Source of the DNA: a virus
Lineage: Duplodnaviria > Caudoviricetes
Length of the DNA: 57,895 nucleotides
Direction: 5' to 3' (one strand)
IMG/VR virus record: IMGVR_UViG_3300037508_000466
Coordinates: 1-57,895 of that record
The stretch's first letter is position 1; every line of letters begins with the position of its first letter. A model generated the notes under the pieces. The model did no database searches, was not told the origin of the DNA, and was given only the letters and a program-made list of their open reading frames with translations. A program made the position numbers and the translations under genes. Positions 26,381-36,353 of the stretch are shown here, piece by piece.

Positions 26381-27297
26381 GTATAACGCAATATGAGTAT
26401 TACGAGAATAATGGCATCTCACCACAGGATGCCAACTGGGGTAGTTATCAGTATGTCAGCCTCAAGGACATAGTCAATAACTTCATGTTGATGTACCAGG
26501 GCAATAATGAGGCCATCAACAACATCAACAGGTATCAAGTCATCTTCCATGCCAAACGTGGCATACAGGAGCTCAATTACGATGCTATGAAGGAGGACAA
26601 AATCTTAGAGCTGCCTGTTGGTAGTGATTTGAAGATTATCCTGCCATCTGACTACGTCAACTGGACGCGGATATCTGCTGAAATCAATGGTGTCTTATTC
26701 CCACTCAGCGAGAACATACAGACTAACTACGCTAGGGCTTATCTACAGGACAATGCAGGCAATCTACTCTTTGACCAGAACGGCAATGTGTTATCTCCTC
26801 AGTTTTCAGAACTTGAACTTGGCCGTATCAACAACACTGCGCCTAGTATCTACCTAAACCCAAACAGCCCTTATAACGGGTATCAGGGGTGGTGCATTGA
26901 CGACGTGTGGTATTTCCGGTATGGCATTGGTGGGCGGTATGGCTTGAACACAGAAACAGCAAATGCCAACCCTACGTTCGTTGTTGACAAGCGTGGCGGT
27001 GTCATTAACTTCAGCTCAGACATGAGTGGGCTGTTGTGTGTCATCGAGTATGTGTCTGATGGCCTTGAGTCTGGTGATGATACTGCGATTAGCATAAATA
27101 AGATGTTTGAGGCGTATATTTATGCCTACATCAAGTACATGATACTATCCAATAAGGCAGGGACTCAAGAGTACTTAGTGAGGAGGGCGCAGAATGAAAT
27201 GCGAGCTGCTTATAGGAATGCCAAGATTAGATTGAGTAATATTCACCCGGGTCGTCTGCTTATGAATATGCGTGGACGTGACAAAATAATTAAATAA
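26377..27297 (+). CDS. virion structural (tail ring) protein
   Basis: VIFHAKRGIQELNYD, LP.DYVNW, EYVSDGL motifs; position in the tail block. Confidence 0.65.
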   Translation: MSITQYEYYENNGISPQDANWGSYQYVSLKDIVNNFMLMYQGNNEAINNINRYQVIFHAKRGIQELNYDAMKEDKILELPVGSDLKIILPSDYVNWTRISAEINGVLFPLSENIQTNYARAYLQDNAGNLLFDQNGNVLSPQFSELELGRINNTAPSIYLNPNSPYNGYQGWCIDDVWYFRYGIGGRYGLNTETANANPTFVVDKRGGVINFSSDMSGLLCVIEYVSDGLESGDDTAISINKMFEAYIYAYIKYMILSNKAGTQEYLVRRAQNEMRAAYRNAKIRLSNIHPGRLLMNMRGRDKIIK

Positions 27298-30200
27298 TGA
27301 AGGAAACGTACAATTTTATTGGCGGCAAGATGAATCATGACCTTGATCCAAGGATGATTCCCCAGGGTGATTATATGTATGCCATTAATGCTAGGATCAC
27401 ATCTCCTGATAATTTAAGTGAAAGTGGAGCCTTAAGGACGGCTCCAGGTACATCCACTTTGACTTCCTTGGAGTACAATGGAACTCCTATAGATTCTACA
27501 AAGGTAAAAACAAGGTGTATAGGAGCCTATAAGGATGAGTCTAACAATACTGTATATTGGTTCGTTCACTGCGAAGAGCTTAATACGCCATTTACAGAGT
27601 TCCCTAGTGGGACTCTTGACCTTATAATGTCGTATAATGAAGATAATGGCACTCTGACATACCATGTAGTAGATGATAAGGGCGTTCTTAATTTTAGTTT
27701 TGATTATACCATAACAGGAATATCATTAATTGATGATTTGTTATACTTTACTGATAATTTGAACTCACCTAAGAAAATCAATGTGAAGTTCACGTATACT
27801 GATTACTTCACTGATTACAGGCTCGATGTCATAGTTTCTCCACCAAAATCTGCTCCATCTATAGAATTTATAACGACCACATCTACGTCTGATTATATAG
27901 AGGATAGATTTCTGGCTTTTTCATATCGTTATAAATATGAAAATGGAGAGTATAGCGCATTATCTCAGTATAGTGAAATAGCATTTAGACCAGGGTTATT
28001 TTTTTTAGATCCATCAACTTTGTTAAATGATGGTATGAAAAATAAGTTTCTGGCCGTTAGGATTTCTTTCAATACCGGAGGGAAGTGGGTTACGGATATA
28101 GAATTATGCGTTAAGGCGGCTGATTCTAATGAAGTGTATGTGGTCCAAAGCTGGAATAAAAGAAGGGAAAATTGGGGAGACAACATATTGAGATTCGTTG
28201 ACTTTACTGGAGATAAGTCATATTCGGTACTGCCTTCTACTGAATGGGTTAGGTTATATGACAATGTGCCGAGACGGGCGCTAGCTCAAGTTATTATGGG
28301 CAACAGGTTGATGTATGGTAATTATTTAGAAAATTACAATATAAGCACAAAGTTTCTTTACGGTGGCCAGGCAAATTTTATTGATGTTGAGTCGAAGTCT
28401 ATATTAGGAACGCTGTCATCATACATATACAAAGATAACTGGTATCAAACTGTTGCGCCACAAACCGTTTCTTCTGCCCAGTTCAGCTTTAATATGGCTC
28501 AATACGCTACTGGAGTGCCTATTGGCACTGAAATTTCGTTTGCAGTACCAGTAGCATCTGCAAGAGTAGTTGGTAATCCATTGACTCCGCCAAACTATTT
28601 ATTCCCTGTAACATGGAATAGATTTTTTGTATTTTATTTTCAGGCACCAAGAAACTATACATCTTTATTAGATTTAATTAATGATGCTGCGTTTAAAAGA
28701 AAGTTAGGGGCGGATGCTAATTATTATAACTATCCTATTACGTATAATGTGCTAGGAATACCAAATAACTGTTCTTTTGGTGGGTCTATAACGGATGAAT
28801 TTATATGTGCCATAGGAGGCACTAGAAATGGATTCACAATGGCTGTTGTTGGCGGAAACTCACTCATTGATAATGGTTTCCAGGTGTCATTAGCTGGCAG
28901 TGTCATGAATTTTATTTTACCTGCCGTTGGGTATAGTAATGGTGCTGGAGCTTATAGGCACGAGTATTTCTATGTGACCGGAGCTCCAACAATAAATATA
29001 AACATACCTGCAACAAACAAGAGTCTCCATAGTAATAGAACGTATGAATTGGGTATGGTTTATATGGACGAATGGGGTAGGTCTTCAACCGTGCAGTTGT
29101 CTAAAAATTCAACAATAGAGATACCTGCATTTAATTCTAATACCGCCAACTATATAAAAGCCACAATACCAAGGACTCAATTACCTCCTCCTTGGGCAAA
29201 AAAATACAAGTGGGTGTTGAAGCCCACAAAAATGGGGTATGACACCATATATTCTAGCATCTACTATAAAGATGGCGATAGGGCGTGGATAAAACTGGAT
29301 GGAGAATCTCAAAATAAAGTAGAGGTTGGTGACATTCTGTATGTTAAAAGAGATTCTGCTGGAGCCACTCTTCGGAATGTAAAGGTAGAGGTGCTTGATA
29401 AAGAGGTCAAGCCCGATCAATGGGGTGGTGGCAGAATCCCTGGGGTATACATGAGGGTTAAGCTAGATGGATGGACGGCGAACTTTGATCAAAGCAATAT
29501 AAGGACAGTCACTGGAGATGTTTCTGAGCAAAACTCAAGCGCATGGAATGGATATGGAGGCGTCGTTCTTGACTTATTTGACGCCGGTCCTCCTACCGTA
29601 GTCAGGTGGCCTGTAAATGCTGGTGCGTTAGTTGAGATTTATATTAGGGTGTGGAGAAATGGCAGAAATTGTGGTGGAAGTAGCAGAAATTGCGGACAGC
29701 GATCATCTCTATTTCACTACAAGAACTATGTGTCATCCGCAAATTATGATGACTTCAAGCAATTTTGGGAAGGGGAAGGCATTGATATAAATCTATCTAC
29801 AAAAGATGGCGGATCCTGTCCTGATGATGCGGGCCAATGTGTTGATGCATATAATAGCTCTTTCTTAATTGCCAATGTGCCTCCTGCTATTGATTTGACA
29901 AATCAATACCAGTTTTCTATACAGGCCGCTGGTCAGCAGCTTAATAACAATGCGCCATTGCAGTTTATTATAAGGAGTGGCACCAAGTCATGTGCTTGGC
30001 CAGGTCCTAGGACAAGTAATATAGAGGCTCGTATTGTCATACAAAATAATCCTCAGTTTTTAGTTTTTGAAACAGAGCCAAATGATGCTGCCGCTAATCT
30101 GTTTTACGAAAATGAAGAAGTTTTCGATATATTGAATGGCTATCATCAGGGTAATGTTCAAAATCAAACGGGATTAACTTCTGCTATCAGTAACTTGGGA

Positions 30201-31931
30201 TTCTATGACTGCTGGACTTTTGGCAATGGAATAGAAAGTTACAAGATTAAAGATAGTATAACGGGAAGGTCTTTTGGTCTTGGACAAAAGGTTCATGCAT
30301 CTTCAGTGGTCCCATATAGGGAGGAGCGAAGATTATCCGATATTATTTATAGCGGAGTTTACAATAGGGAAACCAATTTAAATAAACTAAATGAATTTAA
30401 TATAGGTCTGCTGAATTTCAAGTCCTTAGAAGCGTCATATGCTAGTATACAAAGGATGCACCAGCGTGAAACTGACATCCTGGTATTTCAAGAGGACAGA
30501 GTATCAAGGGTTCTTGTTGGTAAAAATATAATTAGTGATGTCGTTGGCGGTGGCGCCCTTGCGTCTGTTCCAGAGGTTCTTGGAAATCAAATTGTGATAT
30601 CTCAGGAGAATGGAATTAGTACTCACCCTCAGTCATTCGCTAGTTATGGAGATAGGATTTATTTTACTGACGTCAAGAGAAGTGTTGTTCTTCAATTGAT
30701 TGGAGATCAGTTGAAAAATGTATCTGACGCGGGTATGATATCTTTCTTTAAGAAAACTTTTGATTCTATAGGAAGCGGTCCTGTGAGAGGGGGATTTGAT
30801 CCATATTCTAGGGAGTATGTATTATCCGTTCCGGCATTTCCTACTGAGATTATTGAAGACTTAGTCTGTGGATTTTCTAAGAATATAACCAATACCAATA
30901 GCGTTACCGCGTATATCATTAATGTTGATATATCTAGTGTGCCGCTTGGGGATGTGCTCATATCATGGTCTGCATCGACTGGGGAGGATGGATTTGGGGA
31001 TATATTTTATAATGGCGCACTTGTATACAGTATCGTTGATTTCTTGGCGCCAGGTAGTTTTAACCTTACCAAAATTTTTGGTGTTGATACGCTTACGATT
31101 TATATATATCCTAATATACCTCCCGATGCAAACTACTTTTCTATTTCACTTCAAGTTGGGTGCCCTGTGCCTAGTGAAATAGAGGTGATACTTGTCACGG
31201 TGACATCGCCTGAATTTACTGGACAGACTATCGAGCATTATTATAATGGTCAGTCCGCCATTGTTACCCTTGGACCCAATGTAACGACTACATATCCTAT
31301 AGTGGCTCAATGGACGTCTTTAGGGCCTGTGGCGCAAGGAGGGTGGCTTCCAGCTAATGGAGGTGCCATTAAGATGCATACCGTAAAAGGGCCTTTGAGT
31401 ACATACAATCCAAATATTTCATTAGATAAATTTAGGCGGTTAAGAACAAATACTACTTATCCGGCAACATCTACTGGAGCGGCTAACCTTCTTGCGGCTT
31501 CTACTATATTGCCGTCATTAACTGTTGACACAGACTACGCCCCATACCCTGGATGGGCTAGCACATTCAATCTTCCTACTACTGGGAGTAAGCTGTATTT
31601 AATATGGGATTATAGAAGGGCCACTCTAACTGATGCGTGTTACAATGCGGAAGGATCTCCAGAGACTGTGTGCTGTAGCTGCGCGTCCTCATGTCCTTCG
31701 TGCACGATGTGGCAGTCAAGTGGCATATTCCTCAGTTCTGTTCAGGCTTGTGCGGCGCCTATTGTAATGACTATATATTCCGATTCGACGTTATCTTTGG
31801 GGAGTAAAGTGTATTTTGATGAGGAATGCTCTTTCACTGCATATCCGGGATTTTATCAAGTGGCCCCCCCTGGTAAATTTATTCAAGTCGATGGATCTGG
31901 AACTATAATTCAAACTCTCACAAGCTGTTAA
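27297..31931 (+). CDS. tail stabilization / nozzle protein (N-terminal and main part)
   Basis: F.GGKMN.DLD.R...G.Y..A.N N-terminus; LYFTDNLN.P.KIN; FSYRYKY; GNRLMYGNY; GGFDPY. Confidence 0.75.
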   Translation: MKETYNFIGGKMNHDLDPRMIPQGDYMYAINARITSPDNLSESGALRTAPGTSTLTSLEYNGTPIDSTKVKTRCIGAYKDESNNTVYWFVHCEELNTPFTEFPSGTLDLIMSYNEDNGTLTYHVVDDKGVLNFSFDYTITGISLIDDLLYFTDNLNSPKKINVKFTYTDYFTDYRLDVIVSPPKSAPSIEFITTTSTSDYIEDRFLAFSYRYKYENGEYSALSQYSEIAFRPGLFFLDPSTLLNDGMKNKFLAVRISFNTGGKWVTDIELCVKAADSNEVYVVQSWNKRRENWGDNILRFVDFTGDKSYSVLPSTEWVRLYDNVPRRALAQVIMGNRLMYGNYLENYNISTKFLYGGQANFIDVESKSILGTLSSYIYKDNWYQTVAPQTVSSAQFSFNMAQYATGVPIGTEISFAVPVASARVVGNPLTPPNYLFPVTWNRFFVFYFQAPRNYTSLLDLINDAAFKRKLGADANYYNYPITYNVLGIPNNCSFGGSITDEFICAIGGTRNGFTMAVVGGNSLIDNGFQVSLAGSVMNFILPAVGYSNGAGAYRHEYFYVTGAPTININIPATNKSLHSNRTYELGMVYMDEWGRSSTVQLSKNSTIEIPAFNSNTANYIKATIPRTQLPPPWAKKYKWVLKPTKMGYDTIYSSIYYKDGDRAWIKLDGESQNKVEVGDILYVKRDSAGATLRNVKVEVLDKEVKPDQWGGGRIPGVYMRVKLDGWTANFDQSNIRTVTGDVSEQNSSAWNGYGGVVLDLFDAGPPTVVRWPVNAGALVEIYIRVWRNGRNCGGSSRNCGQRSSLFHYKNYVSSANYDDFKQFWEGEGIDINLSTKDGGSCPDDAGQCVDAYNSSFLIANVPPAIDLTNQYQFSIQAAGQQLNNNAPLQFIIRSGTKSCAWPGPRTSNIEARIVIQNNPQFLVFETEPNDAAANLFYENEEVFDILNGYHQGNVQNQTGLTSAISNLGFYDCWTFGNGIESYKIKDSITGRSFGLGQKVHASSVVPYREERRLSDIIYSGVYNRETNLNKLNEFNIGLLNFKSLEASYASIQRMHQRETDILVFQEDRVSRVLVGKNIISDVVGGGALASVPEVLGNQIVISQENGISTHPQSFASYGDRIYFTDVKRSVVLQLIGDQLKNVSDAGMISFFKKTFDSIGSGPVRGGFDPYSREYVLSVPAFPTEIIEDLVCGFSKNITNTNSVTAYIINVDISSVPLGDVLISWSASTGEDGFGDIFYNGALVYSIVDFLAPGSFNLTKIFGVDTLTIYIYPNIPPDANYFSISLQVGCPVPSEIEVILVTVTSPEFTGQTIEHYYNGQSAIVTLGPNVTTTYPIVAQWTSLGPVAQGGWLPANGGAIKMHTVKGPLSTYNPNISLDKFRRLRTNTTYPATSTGAANLLAASTILPSLTVDTDYAPYPGWASTFNLPTTGSKLYLIWDYRRATLTDACYNAEGSPETVCCSCASSCPSCTMWQSSGIFLSSVQACAAPIVMTIYSDSTLSLGSKVYFDEECSFTAYPGFYQVAPPGKFIQVDGSGTIIQTLTSC

Positions 31932-31932
31932 T

Positions 31933-32883
31933 ATGCCTAATGTTTACATGGATACTAGTTCTTTTGCTACCGCAACTGCACTATGGAGTAATGCTACTTT
32001 AACCACTAAATCTCCTGATGGTGTTTACGCCATATGCGGATATTGGCGTAGGCAAACGGCGGGAGTTTTAGAGCCTGGTATATACAAGTGCAGTGGCGAG
32101 TGTGCAATTCCATGCGGGACAATTACGGAGGAAACTGACGACTCTAAAGGGTGGTTTAAGTCGTCTTATGACACTGGGAGTGCGCTAGGTGCAATAAGAA
32201 TAGAAATGACAAATATTTCCGACCAGCCAGTATATTACATGTGCGAGTTAGGCCCATTGGCATTCCCTGATTTTAGCGTTATCAGGAGGAGGGGACGTAC
32301 ATATTCAGATGGGGCTGGCGCAGGTGATTATATTAACAAGGCGTACACATTTTCTGCGGCTGTTACTTTGTGCGATCCTGAAGTTAATACTATAACGAAC
32401 TTGCAGGTATATAAAATCGGGGGGGGTACATGGACTCCTACTGGAGGTACTGAAACTGAATATGTTACAAATATGACCTCAATAATGGCTGGTGTCACGT
32501 TAATCATGTACATCCCAAAGGTCACAAACACGTATAGCATATTAGACTGGGTAATAATTCAACCATGCGCCAGTGGTTATCAGTCTTCACTGTTTGCACA
32601 CTGTCCCGTTCTGTTGCCAGAGATGAAGGTTAATGGCCCGCACGTTAGTGCGGATGATGCGTGTAATTCTACTGGATATCCGTTAGCTGTATATCAGGGG
32701 CATACAAATGGAACTCCAGGCGTAACTTGGGGTCTTTATGACTGGGTATTTTTAGATCCATATTCCGAAAAAATTGCGCCTGATGGATGGTATAAGGCAC
32801 TTCCAGGTACGATACCAGCCCCAGATGATGTATTTTATTTGGAAGATGGCGTTATCCGATTTTTTGCTAGTTGTCCACCTTAA
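31933..32883 (+). CDS. Cys-containing structural/tail appendage protein
   Basis: ORF between two nozzle parts; PDG.Y repeats. Confidence 0.6.
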   Translation: MPNVYMDTSSFATATALWSNATLTTKSPDGVYAICGYWRRQTAGVLEPGIYKCSGECAIPCGTITEETDDSKGWFKSSYDTGSALGAIRIEMTNISDQPVYYMCELGPLAFPDFSVIRRRGRTYSDGAGAGDYINKAYTFSAAVTLCDPEVNTITNLQVYKIGGGTWTPTGGTETEYVTNMTSIMAGVTLIMYIPKVTNTYSILDWVIIQPCASGYQSSLFAHCPVLLPEMKVNGPHVSADDACNSTGYPLAVYQGHTNGTPGVTWGLYDWVFLDPYSEKIAPDGWYKALPGTIPAPDDVFYLEDGVIRFFASCPP

Positions 32884-32892
32884 AAAAAAAAT

Positions 32893-33702
32893 ATGCCTGT
32901 ATTATCTTATAGCGAACTATCATCAGGATGGCCAACATACTACACGTTTTACCCCGAGTGGATGATTGGCGTAAATAATAATTTTTACAGTTTCCAAGAT
33001 GGCAATTTGATTAAACATAATGATGTTTATAGCCCTAATATGTATGGCGTTGCAATTCAATCCGCCATAACATTTTGTGCCAATAAAACTCCTCTTGTAA
33101 ATAAATTATTCAAGGCCGTTTCTTTGGATGCTAGTGCTCCGTGTGATTTTTTCATAAGTTCTACGTGGGCAAATCTTGTTGCGCAGCCCGGACCACTTCT
33201 CCAAGATGCCGATGGTTCTGGGCAGATTCTTAGTAGCTATTTCGTGAAAAAAGAGTCGATGTGGTTTTCAAACATCTCTTTATTCGCTCCTTCTTCTCTT
33301 TCGTATAGAAACATGACTGGTATGGGAATAGCCAGTAATGTTACTACAGTAGGGTCGAATAGTGTTTTCATTTTTACAACTCCAATCAGCGAAACTATTT
33401 CAGTTGGTGATTTTTATGGATATGTAACACTGCCATCTGCTGTTGTATCGTCTGAAATTGGCACAATCACCGCTATAAGCAATGATAGACTTATTGTATC
33501 TACCATGAATCTTCTCCCTGCTCCTGTTGTTAACGATTTTATATTTAGTTACAAGAATATTAACGCCGAGTCTTATGGCTATTTAGCATCGGCACCAGTA
33601 GTAGGTCTTACAATAGCTGTTTACGTGCCTCCGGCTTTTAATGAGACTAAGGTAAATGAGATATTTTCTGTTGAATTTGACGTAATGAAGTCGTTCCCAT
33701 GA
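32893..33702 (+). CDS. tail stabilization protein, C-terminal part
   Basis: LSYSE...GWP.YY.F.PEWMIG.NN.FYSF..GNL..HN; ends KSFP. Confidence 0.65.
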   Translation: MPVLSYSELSSGWPTYYTFYPEWMIGVNNNFYSFQDGNLIKHNDVYSPNMYGVAIQSAITFCANKTPLVNKLFKAVSLDASAPCDFFISSTWANLVAQPGPLLQDADGSGQILSSYFVKKESMWFSNISLFAPSSLSYRNMTGMGIASNVTTVGSNSVFIFTTPISETISVGDFYGYVTLPSAVVSSEIGTITAISNDRLIVSTMNLLPAPVVNDFIFSYKNINAESYGYLASAPVVGLTIAVYVPPAFNETKVNEIFSVEFDVMKSFP

Positions 33703-34094
33703 TAGTAGTGCCTATGCGAGATGGGGACTACGAGTCTTTGCTGACGCCATGGTGGAAGGACTGGGGTTGGGTGCCACCGGCTAAGGACTATTTGCCAAAT
33801 ACCGGGTTTATCCTTTATGACGAAGACACGCCGGTATGTGCTGCATTCCTGTATATGACTAACTCGAAGGTGGCATGGATTGAATGGCTTGTGTCTAACA
33901 AGAGTTACAGAAAAAAACCAGGGAGACGCGAAGGTATATTATTTTTGCTAAGTTATATGATTGAGGTCGCTAAGCAGTCTGGATACACTTACATCACCGC
34001 TATCGCAGAGAATCAGCATGCCATAAACATATACGAAACACTAGGATTCATTTCAGATAAAGGGAAGTCACAAACACTTATATTATGGCAATAG
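33699..34094 (+). CDS. GNAT-family acetyltransferase-like protein
   Basis: AFLYMTNSKVAWIEWLVSN...Y...GF; typical position before ejection proteins. Confidence 0.7.
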   Translation: MIVVPMRDGDYESLLTPWWKDWGWVPPAKDYLPNTGFILYDEDTPVCAAFLYMTNSKVAWIEWLVSNKSYRKKPGRREGILFLLSYMIEVAKQSGYTYITAIAENQHAINIYETLGFISDKGKSQTLILWQ

Positions 34095-34873
34095 CAACGG
34101 CAACAGCAATATCATTAGGTATAGCCGCAGCGGGAACAGCAGGCTCATTCGCACAAGCATCGAAGCAATCTAAATTGGCCAAACAAGCGAAGGCTGATGC
34201 TCAGAAATATGTCGAAGAGGCCAAGCGTCAGGCTAGTATTAACTACATGGATGAGTTGGCATTAGCCAAGGAGCCTTATGATATACAACAGAGAGCGTTG
34301 CAACAGCAGGGTGCTGACATTATGCAACAAGCTGCCGAGGGTGAAACCCGTGGCGTGGGTGCTGCTGCTAGTCGCATTATGGCTGCGCAGACACAGGCGC
34401 AGGAGCAGCAGAGAGCGCAGATGGCTGCCGACATCCAAGCCCTTGAGATGACCAAGAGGCAGGAAGACGCTCGTATCGCCCAGTCGTTGGCGGGCATATC
34501 GTTAGGTGAGGCAACTGGGGCGCAGATGGCCGCTCGTGATGCGGAAAGAGCCAGGGCCGCTGCCATTCAATCCGGAGTTGAAGGCTTATCTAGCATGGCC
34601 ATGACTGGTTTAGATGCCGCGAGTCCACTATATCCAGATCAGGGCAATAAAGGGCCAATAGGTGGCAAGGTCGCCCAAGGAGATGCGGGACAACAAACAT
34701 TTAGACCTGGGTACACTCCTGGCGGACGCATGGATAGAAGGGACTATAGACGGCAAGCTAGGGCAAATATGATGAATGACAATCTTTCTACGCGTTTAAG
34801 CGGTGTTCTTATGCCTGGGGAAGAGGTCGGAAGTGAAATATTCGGAAGTGAAATGTGGGGCTCTTTTGATTAA
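34085..34873 (+). CDS. putative DNA ejection / internal virion protein
   Basis: Ala/Gly-rich N-terminus, Gln/Ala coiled coil. Confidence 0.65.
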   Translation: MAIATATAISLGIAAAGTAGSFAQASKQSKLAKQAKADAQKYVEEAKRQASINYMDELALAKEPYDIQQRALQQQGADIMQQAAEGETRGVGAAASRIMAAQTQAQEQQRAQMAADIQALEMTKRQEDARIAQSLAGISLGEATGAQMAARDAERARAAAIQSGVEGLSSMAMTGLDAASPLYPDQGNKGPIGGKVAQGDAGQQTFRPGYTPGGRMDRRDYRRQARANMMNDNLSTRLSGVLMPGEEVGSEIFGSEMWGSFD

Positions 34874-34895
34874 CAAACAAATAACGCATTGATTT

Positions 34896-36353
34896 ATGTC
34901 ATATTATGGATATGTAGAGAGGAAGCCTGAAGATGTGCAGGTAAACTGGGGAGAGATATCCCAGGGGATAATCAAGTCTGTGCAGGACTGGGAGAAGGGC
35001 AGGGAAGATCTTAAGGAGAAGCTGGATAAGGAAACCAGAGAAACGCAGAAGGCGATATCTGAAATTCCGGAAACTAAAAGCGAGCCGATTCAGACGTGGA
35101 TTCTCGACACAGCAACCACGGCTTCCGAAAGATTGGCTGAATTGAATAGAAAGCTGAAGAGTAATCAGATTACCCCTCGTAATTACAATTTATTGAGGTC
35201 GAACATAATGTCTGATGTCACTGGCGTGTATGCATTTGCAAAAGCCTACGATCAGGGATATGCCGCTAAACTTCAGCGCGTATCTGATGGTAAGGCGGGG
35301 TATGTAGAAAGGAAAACTGCTGAAGATACAGAGAATTTCATAGGCAATAGTTTAAGTGATTTGACGCCATTTATAGATGAAACTGGCACTTTGATGTATA
35401 AAAAGCCCGATGGCAGCTCAATGAGTTATAGGCAGATAGTAAAAAACTCTTCTATAAAGCAGGATAATAAAAATGCAGTTTTAAACATCACGAAGTATGC
35501 TCAATCAATGAAGGCTCATGAGGTTCGGCAACCGGATGGCAGCTACAAGTCATCCCCTTCGCTTAATGAAGATGCCAAAAGAGCCATAGATTCTTATGCG
35601 GCTCAGTTTCTTATCAATCCAAACGATGTCGCGGACATATTATTTGATGCTGGCAAAAGAGAGGGATTTGAAATTAAGGATGGGAATGTCGTGATAACCG
35701 ACAAAGATCGTCAAGATGCAAAGCAGGTGTTGATTGATGCGGCATATGGTACTTTCGGTATGCAAGTGACCCCTGCCCCTAGGGAATCGATAGCATCTAG
35801 CGGATCTAGCGGGGATAAGCCGGATAAGCCGACGGAAGCTGATGAAAAGGCGATAAGATATGGACAGGCTTTAAAAAACCTTACAACCAATGCCAATAAA
35901 TCTGTGCTTTCCCAAAACATAGGCATGCCGAAGGGGACGTATGATGGAACGAACAAAGTGCTTACTACGTATGATAAAGATGGGAAGAAATATGTCACTC
36001 GGTTTAACAGCGGAGTGGAGGCCATGGATTTTCTTATTACACAATCAGGATATGATCCGGCATATGTAAAGAGAGGGCTTGGGAACGCCAATTCTTTGGG
36101 TGGATTTTCTTGGGATTTTTCAGCCAAGCAGGAGACTCCAAAGCCAAAGGTTGTTGATTTAGTAAAGGAAAGTGATGATTTGGAGAATTGGGCATATAAA
36201 CTAAACGAAAAGGATTCAAATACTAAGGGTAAAATATATTATTCTAAAAATAAGACCATTGTCGTAAAATACCCCGACGGCACTTATGGCGAAAGCGATG
36301 ACTTGGAAGAAATAAATGAGTACATAAAGAAATACAACAGACTAACGAGATAA
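34896..36353 (+). CDS. putative internal virion protein
   Basis: 485 aa between the ejection protein and the giant protein. Confidence 0.6.
   Translation: MSYYGYVERKPEDVQVNWGEISQGIIKSVQDWEKGREDLKEKLDKETRETQKAISEIPETKSEPIQTWILDTATTASERLAELNRKLKSNQITPRNYNLLRSNIMSDVTGVYAFAKAYDQGYAAKLQRVSDGKAGYVERKTAEDTENFIGNSLSDLTPFIDETGTLMYKKPDGSSMSYRQIVKNSSIKQDNKNAVLNITKYAQSMKAHEVRQPDGSYKSSPSLNEDAKRAIDSYAAQFLINPNDVADILFDAGKREGFEIKDGNVVITDKDRQDAKQVLIDAAYGTFGMQVTPAPRESIASSGSSGDKPDKPTEADEKAIRYGQALKNLTTNANKSVLSQNIGMPKGTYDGTNKVLTTYDKDGKKYVTRFNSGVEAMDFLITQSGYDPAYVKRGLGNANSLGGFSWDFSAKQETPKPKVVDLVKESDDLENWAYKLNEKDSNTKGKIYYSKNKTIVVKYPDGTYGESDDLEEINEYIKKYNRLTR

Noticed and set aside
9666-33702. Diversity-generating retroelement acting on fibre genes
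   Set aside because: No reverse transcriptase and no template/variable repeat pair with adenine-specific mismatches seen
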